DNA of 64,000 nt, from positions 129,163 through 193,162 of the forward strand of contig JBMNJT010000003.1 of NCBI GenBank assembly GCA_050951805.1. The letters run 5' to 3'. Within the stretch, counting starts at the first letter, position 1. Each line of letters starts with the position of its first letter. The position numbers and the translations under genes were made by a program. Below are positions 46,306 through 56,599 of the stretch, piece after piece. The notes under the pieces were generated by a model. That model worked only from the letters and a program-made list of their open reading frames with translations, was not told where the DNA came from and made no database searches. Source of the DNA: Bacillota bacterium (lineage in GTDB: Bacteria; Bacillota; DTU025).

Positions 46306-46534
46306 TAGGTTTTCGACGAGTGCCTGAACGCTATCCGGGAGCTTGAACGTGGATTTTGGATGGCGCGAAGAGATACTGGAAGCTGCCAGACTGATTTTGA
46401 GAACATTCTTGAGTAGTGTGGAAAAGCTCTGCTCTGGATTTCGCAAAATGCAAAATACAGGCGGCACAGAGTTTGACTGAGGGTTGCTCAGATGGAAAGG
46501 GAATCTTGAAGCAGGCGCATGGAGGTGCATGCGG

Positions 46535-46837
46535 ATGTCGAGGATCGATGGGATAGGCGACGGCATGGCGCTGCTTGGGACGCCGTCCGTGTCGTCCAAT
46601 GATGGAACAGATTTGGTTCGCGCTTTTGGCGACGTGCTCGAGCAGGCGCTCGACACCGTCAATGACATGCAGTCCCGTGCCGACAGGCTCACTGAGAAGC
46701 TTGCCGCCGGCGAAGTCAGCGATATCCATCAGGTGATGATCGCGGTGGAGCAGGTGAACTTGGCTCTCCAACTTACCATGCAGGTAAGGAACAAGATCAT
46801 CGAATCATATCAGGAAGTAATGAGGATGCAGATATAA
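46535..46837 (+). CDS. fliE: Hook-basal body protein FliE
   Basis: FGDVLEQAL..VN..Q...DIHQVMIA...VRNKIIESYQEVMRMQI. Confidence 0.96.
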   Translation: MSRIDGIGDGMALLGTPSVSSNDGTDLVRAFGDVLEQALDTVNDMQSRADRLTEKLAAGEVSDIHQVMIAVEQVNLALQLTMQVRNKIIESYQEVMRMQI

Positions 46838-48451
46838 ATGGGTATTCCCGATGCAGGTCAGGACGATATCGCTCAGACTGAGAAGTCTGGGCTCATGTCC
46901 GGTTTGACAAAGAAGCAAAAAATCATAGTTGCGGCAATTGTCGGGGGAGTATTCATCGTCCTGATTCTTCTCATTGTATCCAGCTCCTCAAAGGACTACG
47001 CCGTACTTTATTCCGGCTTGTCTGTTGAGGACGCCGGCAGGATCGTCGAGCATCTAAAGGAATCGGGCGTGAAGTACAGGTTGACTTCTGGGGGGCACAC
47101 TATCGAGGTTCCAGAGGACCGTGTCTACGAACTGAGGATGGAGTTGGCGGCGAAGGGTTTCCCACAGGGCGCCGGCGCCGGATTTGAGCTGTTCGATAAG
47201 ACGAGTCTGGGGGCGACTGAGTTTACGCAGAAGGTAAACTACACCCGGGCCCTCCAAAATGAGCTGGCGAGGACGATTATGACTCTTACCCCTGTAGATC
47301 AGGCGAGGGTCCATATTGTGATCCCCGAGGAAAGGCTCTTTTCGGAGCAGCAAAAGCCCACGACAGCATCGATAGTCCTTCAGATGAAGCCCGGCGCATA
47401 TCTCCTCGATGCTCAGGTGCGGGGTGTGGTCCATCTGGCGTCCAGTGCTGTGCAGGGCCTTACCCCTGAGAATGTGACTGTGCTCGATACAGACGGGAAT
47501 TTGCTTTGGCGAGCCAGTACTGCGGAATCGACTGCCGGCCCAATGACTACGGCGCAGCTTGAAGCCAAGATGGGGTTTGAACAGGAGATGCAGAGACGGA
47601 TCGAGACGATGCTCGACCGTGCTTTCGGACTTGGCAAGTCGATAGTGCGGGTATACGCTGACATCAACTTCGACAGCGCAGAGCGGGCAAGCGAGATCTA
47701 CCAGCCTTTAGAAGGCGGCCTGGGGATACCGGTAGCTGTCCAGACGACTCAGGAAGAACGGGTTGGCGATTCGGATGCCGCCCGGGGCTATGCGGGAACG
47801 CCGTCGAATGTCGAAGGTTATCCGGTTCTTTCGGGGACGGGCAGCGGTGAATCGAGGTATATGAGAAGCGAAAGCACGACTAATTACGAGGTGTCCAAGG
47901 TTGTTCAGAAGGAGATCATCGCTCCGGGCAAAGTGGAGAGGGTCTCTGTCGCTGTGATGCTCGATCGGGTGATGCCGATGGACCGCATGGAGGAGATGCG
48001 GCAAGTGATAAGCGCTGCGGTAGGTATTCAGCCGGAGCGGGGGGACCAGATAGCCATTACCACCATGGAATTTGCGCGGGCCGCGAGCGAGGACGAGATG
48101 TTTGCATCAGCGGAGAGTCTTGCGAAAGCGGATAAGCAGGCCTTTATTATGCGTCTTGTCAAGTCGCTTACCCCTCTCATCCTCGGATTGCTCGTGCTCC
48201 TGTTTGCCATGTCTTTTCTTCGAGTCTTCCGTGAGCAGCAGGAATATGCAACCGAGCCTGCCATTGTAGGTAGAAAAGTCGATGAAGTGCTCGCGGAAGA
48301 GGCTTCCCCGGAACCTCTGAGCCCGGCGGCATTGGTCGCTTTGGCTGAGGAAAAACAGAAGGCAGAAATGAGACAAGGCGTTGAGGCGCTAGCCCGGAAG
48401 AAACCAGGCGATGTGGCAAGGATTCTTGAGACGTGGATGTCGGAAGATTGA
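46838..48451 (+). CDS. fliF: MS-ring protein FliF
   Basis: GFELFDK..LGATEF...ALQNELARTI...ARVHIVIP...TASIVL and two TM helices. Confidence 0.97.
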   Translation: MGIPDAGQDDIAQTEKSGLMSGLTKKQKIIVAAIVGGVFIVLILLIVSSSSKDYAVLYSGLSVEDAGRIVEHLKESGVKYRLTSGGHTIEVPEDRVYELRMELAAKGFPQGAGAGFELFDKTSLGATEFTQKVNYTRALQNELARTIMTLTPVDQARVHIVIPEERLFSEQQKPTTASIVLQMKPGAYLLDAQVRGVVHLASSAVQGLTPENVTVLDTDGNLLWRASTAESTAGPMTTAQLEAKMGFEQEMQRRIETMLDRAFGLGKSIVRVYADINFDSAERASEIYQPLEGGLGIPVAVQTTQEERVGDSDAARGYAGTPSNVEGYPVLSGTGSGESRYMRSESTTNYEVSKVVQKEIIAPGKVERVSVAVMLDRVMPMDRMEEMRQVISAAVGIQPERGDQIAITTMEFARAASEDEMFASAESLAKADKQAFIMRLVKSLTPLILGLLVLLFAMSFLRVFREQQEYATEPAIVGRKVDEVLAEEASPEPLSPAALVALAEEKQKAEMRQGVEALARKKPGDVARILETWMSED

Positions 48452-48458
48452 GAGGCGG

Positions 48459-49484
48459 GTGCAGGTCGAAATGAACGGCGCAAGGGGCGCGGCAAGCGGA
48501 AGGCGGAAGGCAGCTATAGTCCTGGTGTCTCTCGATTCTGAGACTGCCGCATCCGTTCTCAAGCACATGAAGGACGATGATATTGAGCAACTGACGCTGG
48601 AGATAGCGACGCTTGGCAAGGTCACGCCTGAACAGCAGGAGACCGCCCTGGAGGAGTTTTACCAGCTGGCTCTCGCTCAGGAGTACATAGCCCAGGGCGG
48701 AATAGATTACGCGAAACAGATTCTGGAGAAGGCGTTGGGTACGGCTAAGGCCATGGAGATCATCAACAGGCTTTCGGCCAATCTGCGCGTGACGCCTTTT
48801 GCCTTTGCGCGCAATGTCAGCCCTGAGCAGCTCACCGGCTTTATAGAGGGCGAGCACCCGCAGACTATAGCCTTGGTCGTTGCCCACCTCAGACCAGATC
48901 AGGCGGCGCTGGTTCTGTCGGCGCTTCCCCCGGATCTCCAGGCGGATGTGGCGCTTCGGGTGGCCCAGATGGAGGGCGCAAGGCCCGAGGTGATCAAGGA
49001 AGTCGAGGAAGTGCTCGAACGAAAACTGACTACCTTCGGAACGCAGGAGTTTCAGGCTGCTGGCGGCGTCAAGTCGCTGGTGGAGGTTTTGCAGAACGTT
49101 GACCGCTCCACTGAAAAGGTCATTCTCGAAAGGCTCGAGGAAGAGAACCCGGAGATTGCTGAAGAGATCAAGAATCTCATGTTCGTCTTCGAGGACATCG
49201 TGTTCATGGAAGACCGCTACGTGCAGATGATCATCAGGGAGATAGACTCCAAGGACCTTGCTTTGGCTTTGAAAGCTGCTTCGGATGAGGTGAAGGACAA
49301 GATCATGCGGAACATGTCGGAAAGGGCAGCAACAATGCTCCAAGAGGAGTTGGAGTATCTCGGTCCTGTAAGGCTCCGCCAAGTTGAGGAGGCGCAGATG
49401 AAGATTGTCGCAGTCATAAGAAAGATGGAAGAGGCCGGGCAGATCGTCGCCATACGCGAGAAGGGGGACGAAGTGATTGTCTAA
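48459..49484 (+). CDS. fliG: Motor switch protein FliG
   Basis: KAAIVLVSL, EHPQTIALV, MFVFEDI, NMSERAA. Confidence 0.97.
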   Translation: MQVEMNGARGAASGRRKAAIVLVSLDSETAASVLKHMKDDDIEQLTLEIATLGKVTPEQQETALEEFYQLALAQEYIAQGGIDYAKQILEKALGTAKAMEIINRLSANLRVTPFAFARNVSPEQLTGFIEGEHPQTIALVVAHLRPDQAALVLSALPPDLQADVALRVAQMEGARPEVIKEVEEVLERKLTTFGTQEFQAAGGVKSLVEVLQNVDRSTEKVILERLEEENPEIAEEIKNLMFVFEDIVFMEDRYVQMIIREIDSKDLALALKAASDEVKDKIMRNMSERAATMLQEELEYLGPVRLRQVEEAQMKIVAVIRKMEEAGQIVAIREKGDEVIV

Positions 49485-50223
49485 GGTGATAAAGCGGACA
49501 CTCATAGACGACGTTCTTGTCGCTTCTCCCGCATTTTGCGTGCCAACTGACAGGCCTGAACTATCCTTTGTCGCCTCGGATGAGGAAGAATTCGTGCCCG
49601 AGGCGGACGGAGAGGCTGCGATAGAGCAGGCTGAGGCCCGGGCCAAAGAGATCATCGCCAGATCTCGGCGGGAGGCGGACCTGATTCTTAAGGATGCCAA
49701 GGCTGAAGCGGAGAGTATTGCAAAGCGGGCTGAGAAGGAAGGATACGAGTTGGGGCAGGCTGCGGGCCTTGCCCAGGTCCGGGAGGCCTATGCTGAGGCT
49801 CTGAACACGATAGATTCTGTTGCCGATTCAATAGTAGCGGCGGCCGACGCCTTGGTGAGCGGATGCGAGTGCGAGGTGGCGAAGCTCGCTGTGGCAGTGG
49901 CTGAGAAGCTTGTCCGCAAAACGATAGATGAGGATCCGGAAGCTGTTCTTTGCATGGTCCGTGAGGCGGTGCGAAGAACTGAAGGGGCCAGGACAGTGGT
50001 TATGAGGGTTTCACCTGCTGATCTTGAGGTGGTTGCCCGGGCACATAACGAGTTGATCGGACTTTCCCCCGATCTTCGCAGCCTGGAGATTGTTGAAGAC
50101 GCCAGGATCGAGCGTGGTGGCTGTGTGATTGAAATGGAAGTTGGGTCGGTGGATGCCAGAATAGATGAGCAGCTCCGCGAGGTGGAGCGATCCTTCTTGG
50201 AGGAAGCAGGACATGTGCGCTGA
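49477..50223 (+). CDS. fliH: Flagellar assembly protein FliH
   Basis: AEKEGYELG..AG repeats and C-terminal GGCVIE..VGSVDARI. Confidence 0.92.
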   Translation: MSKVIKRTLIDDVLVASPAFCVPTDRPELSFVASDEEEFVPEADGEAAIEQAEARAKEIIARSRREADLILKDAKAEAESIAKRAEKEGYELGQAAGLAQVREAYAEALNTIDSVADSIVAAADALVSGCECEVAKLAVAVAEKLVRKTIDEDPEAVLCMVREAVRRTEGARTVVMRVSPADLEVVARAHNELIGLSPDLRSLEIVEDARIERGGCVIEMEVGSVDARIDEQLREVERSFLEEAGHVR

Positions 50224-51556
50224 TCACATTGCGTCCGATCTGGCCAGGGATATAGATTTTAGTAGATACCATGCAAAGCTTAAAGGCCTTGACACTATCA
50301 AGCAGCGTGGAAGAGTGGCACAGGTTATTGGCCTTGTGATCGAATCAGACGGGCCCCATGCGCAGGTCGGAGAGATTTGCTCCATATACCCTCGAAACGC
50401 CACTTTGCCTGTGACGGCTGAGGTGGTGGGGTTCCGTGAGAACAAGCTTCTCTTGATGCCGCTGGGAGAGATGGCTGGAATTGAGCCGGGAAGCGAGGTC
50501 GTGGCGGGGGGCAATTTCCTGACTGTGCGCGTGGGTGATGAGCTTCTAGGGAGGGTTCTGGACGGGCTTGGGAGGCCCATGGACGGATTGGGGCCGATCC
50601 ACACTGTGTCTGAATACCCTGTGTCGAGTTCCCCACCGAATCCCCTTTTGAGGCCGAGGATTTCGAAGCCGCTGCCCCTCGGGGTTCGAGCTATAGACGG
50701 ATTGCTCACGTGCGGCTGCGGGCAGCGTGTGGGAATCTTCGCAGGGAGCGGGGTGGGCAAGAGTACTCTGTTGGGCATGATCGCCAGGAATACAAGGGCC
50801 GATGTAAACGTGATTGCGCTGGTGGGAGAGCGCGGACGCGAGGTCCTCGAGTTTATAGAAGGAGACCTCGGGGAAGAAGGATTGGCCAGGTCTGTGGTGG
50901 TTGTGGCAACTTCGGACACTCCAGCGCTGGTCAGAATAAAGGGAGCCATGGTGGCTACCGCGATCGCCGAATACTTCCGTGACCAGGGGCTCAATGTGAT
51001 GTTCATGATGGATTCGGTAACCCGTTTTGCCATGGCTCAGCGCGAGGTTGGGCTGGCCATCGGCGAGCCGCCGGCGACCAAAGGATATACTCCTTCTGTC
51101 TTCGCGCTGCTTCCAAAATTGCTTGAACGCTCGGGGACTAGCGAGCGGGGGACGATAACCGGTCTTTACACGGTGCTCGTGGACGGTGACGACCTGACTG
51201 AACCGATTGCCGACGCAGTTCGAAGCATTCTTGACGGACACATAGTCCTTTCGCGCAAACTTGCTGACGCCAACCACTACCCGGCCATCGATGTGCTCCG
51301 GAGCGTCAGCCGAGTAATGGACAATATTGTCTCTCCTGGGCAGCGGGCGGCTGCTGGAAGGTTCCGCGATCTACTAGCCACATACCGAGAGGCGGAGGAT
51401 TTGATAAATATCGGGGCCTATGTGGCAGGATCGAACCCGAAGATAGATGAGTCGATTGCTGCAATAGACGGGTTCAATGCCTATCTCAGGCAGGGCGTGG
51501 GGGAGAAGGTTTCGTTCGACGAGGCTGTAGAAGGTTTGATTACAGTTGTGGGATAG
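50213..51556 (+). CDS. fliI: Flagellar export ATPase FliI
   Basis: GIFAGSGVGKSTLLGM, GERGREV, MDSVTRFAMAQRE, LDGHIVLSR. Confidence 0.98.
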   Translation: MCADHIASDLARDIDFSRYHAKLKGLDTIKQRGRVAQVIGLVIESDGPHAQVGEICSIYPRNATLPVTAEVVGFRENKLLLMPLGEMAGIEPGSEVVAGGNFLTVRVGDELLGRVLDGLGRPMDGLGPIHTVSEYPVSSSPPNPLLRPRISKPLPLGVRAIDGLLTCGCGQRVGIFAGSGVGKSTLLGMIARNTRADVNVIALVGERGREVLEFIEGDLGEEGLARSVVVVATSDTPALVRIKGAMVATAIAEYFRDQGLNVMFMMDSVTRFAMAQREVGLAIGEPPATKGYTPSVFALLPKLLERSGTSERGTITGLYTVLVDGDDLTEPIADAVRSILDGHIVLSRKLADANHYPAIDVLRSVSRVMDNIVSPGQRAAAGRFRDLLATYREAEDLINIGAYVAGSNPKIDESIAAIDGFNAYLRQGVGEKVSFDEAVEGLITVVG

Positions 51557-51566
51557 GGGGATCGGC

Positions 51567-52025
51567 ATGGACACTTTTACTTTCAAACTGCAACCGGTCC
51601 TGGATCATAGAAGACGCCTGGAAGACCAGGCAAAGCAGGAATTTGCCAAGGCCCAATCGCGCGAGCTCGAGGCCCGCCAGGTATTGGCGGATATGGAGTG
51701 GAATTTCGGGGAAGGGCAGTCCGAGATGGCTGAGGCTGCTCGGGACGATGTCGATTTGGCAGAGGTCTCCGCGTGCCAACGATACTTGAATCGATTGAGA
51801 ACTGCGATGCTGGAGCAGAACGACCTCGTTGCAACGCTCCATCTTACGTCTGAAGAGAAGAGGACGGGCGTTGTAGATGGAATGAAGGCCCGCAAGATAG
51901 TGGAGAAGCTCAAGGAGAAGGAGTACGAGCAGTATATGGTCGATATCAACCGTCTTGAGCAAAAGCAAACGGATGAGTTGGCCACTACAAGGCATGGAAG
52001 GTCAAAGAAGTGGACGGGGCTCTGA
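51567..52025 (+). CDS. fliJ: Export protein FliJ
   Basis: FTFKLQPVLD.R...E..AK and EKLKEK...EQKQTDE. Confidence 0.93.
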   Translation: MDTFTFKLQPVLDHRRRLEDQAKQEFAKAQSRELEARQVLADMEWNFGEGQSEMAEAARDDVDLAEVSACQRYLNRLRTAMLEQNDLVATLHLTSEEKRTGVVDGMKARKIVEKLKEKEYEQYMVDINRLEQKQTDELATTRHGRSKKWTGL

Positions 52026-52107
52026 TTATTGGCTGACTGCCGCATGCGGCAGGGACAAAGGTGAAAAGCCAGCGCCCTGGACACGTTGGATATGAGGGTG
52101 AAGGGAG

Positions 52108-55100
52108 GTGATAGACAAGATGGATGGTATGAAGGTGGGTCTTGCCTATAAAATCCCTGGCGAGCTGGGAGGCGTGGGAGACGGCCCGGATTCAGCCCGC
52201 TTTCTGGGGCTTGCGGCCGCTTTGGACGTGGGCTGCAATCGTGGACCGGGTGGGGACGCGAGGGCGCCTGGCAGTTCACTGGAATTCCTCTGGGTGCTGC
52301 AGGAGATCTCTTCGGAAATGCCAGGCGAAGCAGAAGCTGCATTGACGGTCGCCCGGCGCCTGGCTCGCTGCGGGCATGAGAGGGCAGATGGACAGAAGGA
52401 TGCTCCTGTCTTGGAGGGTGCGGCCAGAGACGAGACGTCTGTCGCGTCCCGGAAAGTGGGTGCTCAGGCTCTTGGAAAGCTGAGGTTGGATTCGACCGAT
52501 GATATCCGCCCTGCAGCTGAAGATGGCGCGCAGGATGAAGACGAGCCTGATGGCGAAAGTTCCGTTTTCACGAGGACGGATCTTATGGAGCCGGTTTTAG
52601 GGCCGACTGTGGGAGTGGCTGTGGCAATAGAGTTACCGGCGCCGATAGTTGACACATCGCGAGAGACGAACGTTCCTGGTGATCAAACACGGGGCTTTCG
52701 TGTTGGACCCGCACGCGTCGATGCGGCGCGTGATAGCGCGCTTGGATATGAGGAAGGAATCGATGATGCGGCATCGGTCACAGACGGGTTTTCTGAGCTT
52801 GCTATGGGCAATTGCGATGATGGCGTTGTCCGGGCCCAGCTAGGTCGGGATGTAGATCCTATGGAAAGCAGGGACGAGCATGCTCGATCTTATGCTTCAG
52901 GAGATAGGGTTGATGGTGCGGTGATACGTGAGGCCAAGGAAGGTGTCACAACCGGCGAAGGCGGCGAGCTAGCGCCAGCTGGCCCGAGCGAGCTTGTCAT
53001 GGGCGAGGAATCGACGAAGTCTGTACAATCAGACGGTATGCAATGTGCCACAATGGCAGGCGGTGACCGGGTTCGGTCAGCAGATAGCAGGCGGGTGGAT
53101 GATGTTCCTTCCGATGGCTCCATTCAAGAGGCAGCTAATGGTGAGGGTCAGGCAGAACCCAAGTCTATATCTGGCATTCCGCTGATGGGCGGAGGAGCAG
53201 ACAAGATCGGGCATGCCCGGATTGGCGCCGGGTCGGGCTTCTGGAGCGTTGTGGAACTTGACGGTCGCGCGGCTCTTCTGGATGATGTAGAGTCCGCCAT
53301 GTTCCTATCGGGCGCGATGCCTGTTGGGAGCATGGGTGGACGGGGCAGAACTGTGCAGATGGAAATGGCGGAGCGCCCAGCTCAGCGCGGGGGCATCGAA
53401 CAGGCAGCAACCAGCGGGAAAACGCCGACGGTGAATGTAGACAGATACCATTTCCGCGCTGGCGAGAATGGCAGTGGATCTCACGGGGCCATGATGGGCG
53501 GTGGCACGTCTGGAAACCGCAGTAGGATATGGGAGAATGTGAGGACGGCAACGCCTATCCAGGCTGATGACAGAGGGGGAACTGATGGCCGTAAGGCTGC
53601 CCAAACTAACGTAGGCGTCAGGCGCACGCATGAGCGCGGTGCTGCATCCCCAAAAGGGCCGACGGGTGAAGGAGAAGCATCTGTCGAAGGAGCCTTCGGC
53701 ATTGACCGCGCCGATACGGGCGGAGCCTGGGAAAGAGGAGTGTCGACGGACGCGTTCTTTGCAAACCTCCAAGGAGATGACTTTCAGGTCGACATAGCGG
53801 ATTCCGAAGTCGGAATGAGTGCGGGGGCAACAGATGAACCTGCCTATCTTCGCAATGTGAGCAGTGCAGCAAGCGAAGGGGCTATGGCACACACTGGGAC
53901 AGTGGACAGCCTCAGCGAGTTGGGCCGGAATGCAGAGATGGCAATAACTCATCTCGTTGCGGGTCAGTCCGAAGGAGATGGCCAGAAAGGCGAGACAATG
54001 GATGAAAGCTCTAGCCGTGCGGATGCGCATGGCGAGGCAGTACTGCAAAGGCGTGCAAACCAAGGGCAAAACTCTGTTCGGGGGGTTCCCGACGCTGAAA
54101 GCGATGAAATGGCTAGTCTCTGGAAGACTGAGGTATCGACAGCTGATGCATTCTTTTCGGCCATCGAAAGAGACGCGATTTCGGCTGAGATGCGGGACAG
54201 TAGCCCAATCACGGCGAGATCGTTCGTAGGCGATGTGTCTGAAGAAAACGCGCGGGTGGGCGCTATGGAGCGTCCTGGAGACCGAGTCGCCGATGGCAGC
54301 GGGAGAATCGCAGCCCCAACGGAAGACATAGCCCCGAAATCGGGTAATGCTGTTGCTGGCGGGTTTTCCGCGGATCCGGAAGCCAGCCTTTCTGCTCCGA
54401 GCGGGGGAGGTGTCGGCCTGGGAATGACCAGCGGGGTCTGGGGCCGAGGCATCGACAGCCGTTTAGCAGAGGAAAGGCCCATGGGCGTGGAGCAGGAAGG
54501 CGTGAGCCATGGCTCTGACGGAGTCGATTGGGCGGGCACGTCTAATCCCAAAGGAATCGGGGGCGCTGATGAAGGGAAGCCGGAAAGGGCCGAGTTGACA
54601 GAGGTCGAATCGGGTGCCAAGGCACGAGCTGGACACGGGGTTTCTTCTCGACGTCACAGTGAGGCGGAGACCGCGGTAAGCACTGCGGGATCAAAACTTG
54701 AGGCTCGGCGGATTCAGACAGCCGACTCTCAGTCGATGGCAGAGAGAGCGACATCCGATGCCGGGCTAATCAAATCCGATGGGTTTGGGGTGAGACCTGC
54801 AGGGCGTCAGAACATCGTAAGCGGGATGGACGAGGGAGAGGAAAGCCTGGCAGCGAGGGAGGAAGCGGATGGCGCCGATGCTGCTGATGGCGAGAGTGTA
54901 CTGCGGGTTCGTGTACCGGAGCCGGATGTGACTATGAGGCGGGATAATACAAGCTCGGACATGCAATCGGATGCCCGTTCGCGAGAGCGATCGCACGGCA
55001 GTCGCGAGGTCGTCTTTGAACCAAGGCGGGAGTCGGCACAATCCGGATCTGAGCAGATCGGCCATTCCGACAATGGAGTTGTTGGGTTTGAGGGGCTGGT

Positions 55101-55659
55101 AGCGAACTTGGAAGCAGTCAACACAGGCGCGGCACCAACAGAAGGCGTGCCCATAGATGGACGAAACCGCATATCAGATGAGGCTGGCCGTTCGATGATG
55201 CGGCAGATAGCTGCCCACATTGAAGCCAGGCGCGGCGTTGGATCCGGAGAGTTCAGGGCGAAGCTCGTTCCTGAAAGCCTTGGAGAGGTTCGGATAAGGA
55301 TAAAGGTCCAGGGCGGAGTCTGCACGGCGACGATTCGCGTGGGCGATAGTGAAGTTGGGAAGTACATAGAAGAACATGGGACAGATCTCAAAGTCCTTCT
55401 CGCAGAGAGTGGCATTGATCTGGCGGACCTCTCAGTATCGGTGGGATCGCACTCTGCGTCTGAGGGCGCGCGGGAGTGGACGCAAGGACAGTACGCTGCC
55501 GCGGCTTTCGCAGGCGGCGGGCGCAGGGGACGCAAGGACTACGCGCCTGTTGAAGAGTGGTTCTGTAACTCCCATAGAAATGAGCTCGCGCCGCAGGAGA
55601 TCGAGCTTGCTGCGGCTTATGCAAGATCCGGGCATGGAAGGATCGACTACTTTGCTTGA
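52108..55659 (+). CDS. fliK: Hook-length control protein FliK (unusually long, 1183 aa)
   Basis: Lies between fliJ and flgD. Low-complexity body with C-terminal domain KLVPESLGEVRIRIKV...LKVLLAESGI....SVSV. Confidence 0.85.
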   Translation: MIDKMDGMKVGLAYKIPGELGGVGDGPDSARFLGLAAALDVGCNRGPGGDARAPGSSLEFLWVLQEISSEMPGEAEAALTVARRLARCGHERADGQKDAPVLEGAARDETSVASRKVGAQALGKLRLDSTDDIRPAAEDGAQDEDEPDGESSVFTRTDLMEPVLGPTVGVAVAIELPAPIVDTSRETNVPGDQTRGFRVGPARVDAARDSALGYEEGIDDAASVTDGFSELAMGNCDDGVVRAQLGRDVDPMESRDEHARSYASGDRVDGAVIREAKEGVTTGEGGELAPAGPSELVMGEESTKSVQSDGMQCATMAGGDRVRSADSRRVDDVPSDGSIQEAANGEGQAEPKSISGIPLMGGGADKIGHARIGAGSGFWSVVELDGRAALLDDVESAMFLSGAMPVGSMGGRGRTVQMEMAERPAQRGGIEQAATSGKTPTVNVDRYHFRAGENGSGSHGAMMGGGTSGNRSRIWENVRTATPIQADDRGGTDGRKAAQTNVGVRRTHERGAASPKGPTGEGEASVEGAFGIDRADTGGAWERGVSTDAFFANLQGDDFQVDIADSEVGMSAGATDEPAYLRNVSSAASEGAMAHTGTVDSLSELGRNAEMAITHLVAGQSEGDGQKGETMDESSSRADAHGEAVLQRRANQGQNSVRGVPDAESDEMASLWKTEVSTADAFFSAIERDAISAEMRDSSPITARSFVGDVSEENARVGAMERPGDRVADGSGRIAAPTEDIAPKSGNAVAGGFSADPEASLSAPSGGGVGLGMTSGVWGRGIDSRLAEERPMGVEQEGVSHGSDGVDWAGTSNPKGIGGADEGKPERAELTEVESGAKARAGHGVSSRRHSEAETAVSTAGSKLEARRIQTADSQSMAERATSDAGLIKSDGFGVRPAGRQNIVSGMDEGEESLAAREEADGADAADGESVLRVRVPEPDVTMRRDNTSSDMQSDARSRERSHGSREVVFEPRRESAQSGSEQIGHSDNGVVGFEGLVANLEAVNTGAAPTEGVPIDGRNRISDEAGRSMMRQIAAHIEARRGVGSGEFRAKLVPESLGEVRIRIKVQGGVCTATIRVGDSEVGKYIEEHGTDLKVLLAESGIDLADLSVSVGSHSASEGAREWTQGQYAAAAFAGGGRRGRKDYAPVEEWFCNSHRNELAPQEIELAAAYARSGHGRIDYFA

Positions 55660-55673
55660 AGGGGGGATGAGGA

Positions 55674-56078
55674 TTGTACACTTCCAGAGCTGCGAGCGTA
55701 GGGACATATGCGGTTCCTCCGGAGAACACTCCCAGGAAAACCCTGGGTAAGGACGAGTTCCTGATGCTTCTGATTACACAAATGAGAAACCTTGACATAG
55801 GCGAAGGATCTTCAAATCAGGAGTTCGTGGCGCAGATGGCCCAGTTCACCCTCTTGGAGGAAGTTCAGAATCTCAGCTATTCAGTGCAGGAACTCATGTG
55901 CAGGCAGCTGATTGCAGAGGCCGGGTCCTTTGTGGGAAAAGATATCGAGGCATGGATTCCCGGCTACGACATGCCTGTCAAAGGGCACGTGGACTCGGTG
56001 GAGGTAATCGGAGGATTGCCTTACCTGGTAGTTGGGGACATGCGGATCAACATGGCGCATGTGACGAAGATATCTTAG
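55674..56078 (+). CDS. flgD: Hook capping protein FlgD
   Basis: LGKDEFLMLLITQMRN...EFVAQMAQFTLLE. Confidence 0.93.
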   Translation: MYTSRAASVGTYAVPPENTPRKTLGKDEFLMLLITQMRNLDIGEGSSNQEFVAQMAQFTLLEEVQNLSYSVQELMCRQLIAEAGSFVGKDIEAWIPGYDMPVKGHVDSVEVIGGLPYLVVGDMRINMAHVTKIS

Positions 56079-56090
56079 GGGTGTCGACAG

Positions 56091-56504
56091 ATGACAGTGG
56101 ACAGGACAGACATGATAGCTGGTCGCGGCATGACCCCGGGTATCTCCGGGGTGCGACCGGACAGGCCGGCGCCAGCGGGAACTGAGGTGCCCTTAGCCAG
56201 GGGCGCGGGAGCAACCTTCCAGGATGTGCTCGCAGAACAGCTGTCTCCAGGCGGAGTCAAATTCTCAGCCCATGCACGCTCCAGGCTGGCCGCCCGCAGG
56301 ATAGATCTGGGCCAAGAGGACCTTTCGAGGCTGGAGGGTGGCGTGAGCAGGGCAGCTGCGAAGGGTGCGCGAGAATCTCTAATCCTTTTGGACGACAAGG
56401 CATTCGTCGTAAGCGTGAGAAATCGCACAGTCATCACTGCAGTCGATGGCGAACACCTCAAGGAGAACGTGTTTACCAATATCGATTCTGCGGTGATAGT
56501 CTAG
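56091..56504 (+). CDS. Flagellar operon protein, TIGR02530 family
   Basis: KFSAHARSRL..R.I...KGARESLILL...VVSVRNRTVITA...ENVFTNIDSAVI. Confidence 0.92.
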   Translation: MTVDRTDMIAGRGMTPGISGVRPDRPAPAGTEVPLARGAGATFQDVLAEQLSPGGVKFSAHARSRLAARRIDLGQEDLSRLEGGVSRAAAKGARESLILLDDKAFVVSVRNRTVITAVDGEHLKENVFTNIDSAVIV

Positions 56505-56505
56505 A

Positions 56506-56572
56506 TCCGCTAATTTGGGCCGGACCTCTATGAGGAAGCCCTGGACCGTCTGGGACTGAGACGGCCTGCGGA
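56506..56572 (+). ncRNA. Candidate structured cis-RNA in the flgE leader
   Basis: Outer stem TCCGC/GCGGA encloses GGGC-cgga-CCTC-tat-GAGG-aa-GCCC and CCGTCT-gggactg-AGACGG. Confidence 0.45.
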
Positions 56573-56599
56573 ATAAAGAGATATGGAGGTCGAACGTGA

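Noticed and set aside
46462-46477. Second sigma54 promoter before fliE (CGGCACAGAGTTTGAC)
   Set aside because: The -12 dinucleotide is GA rather than GC, which is not enough support despite the ~230-bp gap after flgC.
48177-49700. Long minus-strand ORFs opposite flagellar genes (this 507-aa one; also 3076-4077, 11271-12386, 44824-45855)
   Set aside because: They are antisense shadows of well-supported + strand genes in GC-rich DNA and carry no recognisable motifs.
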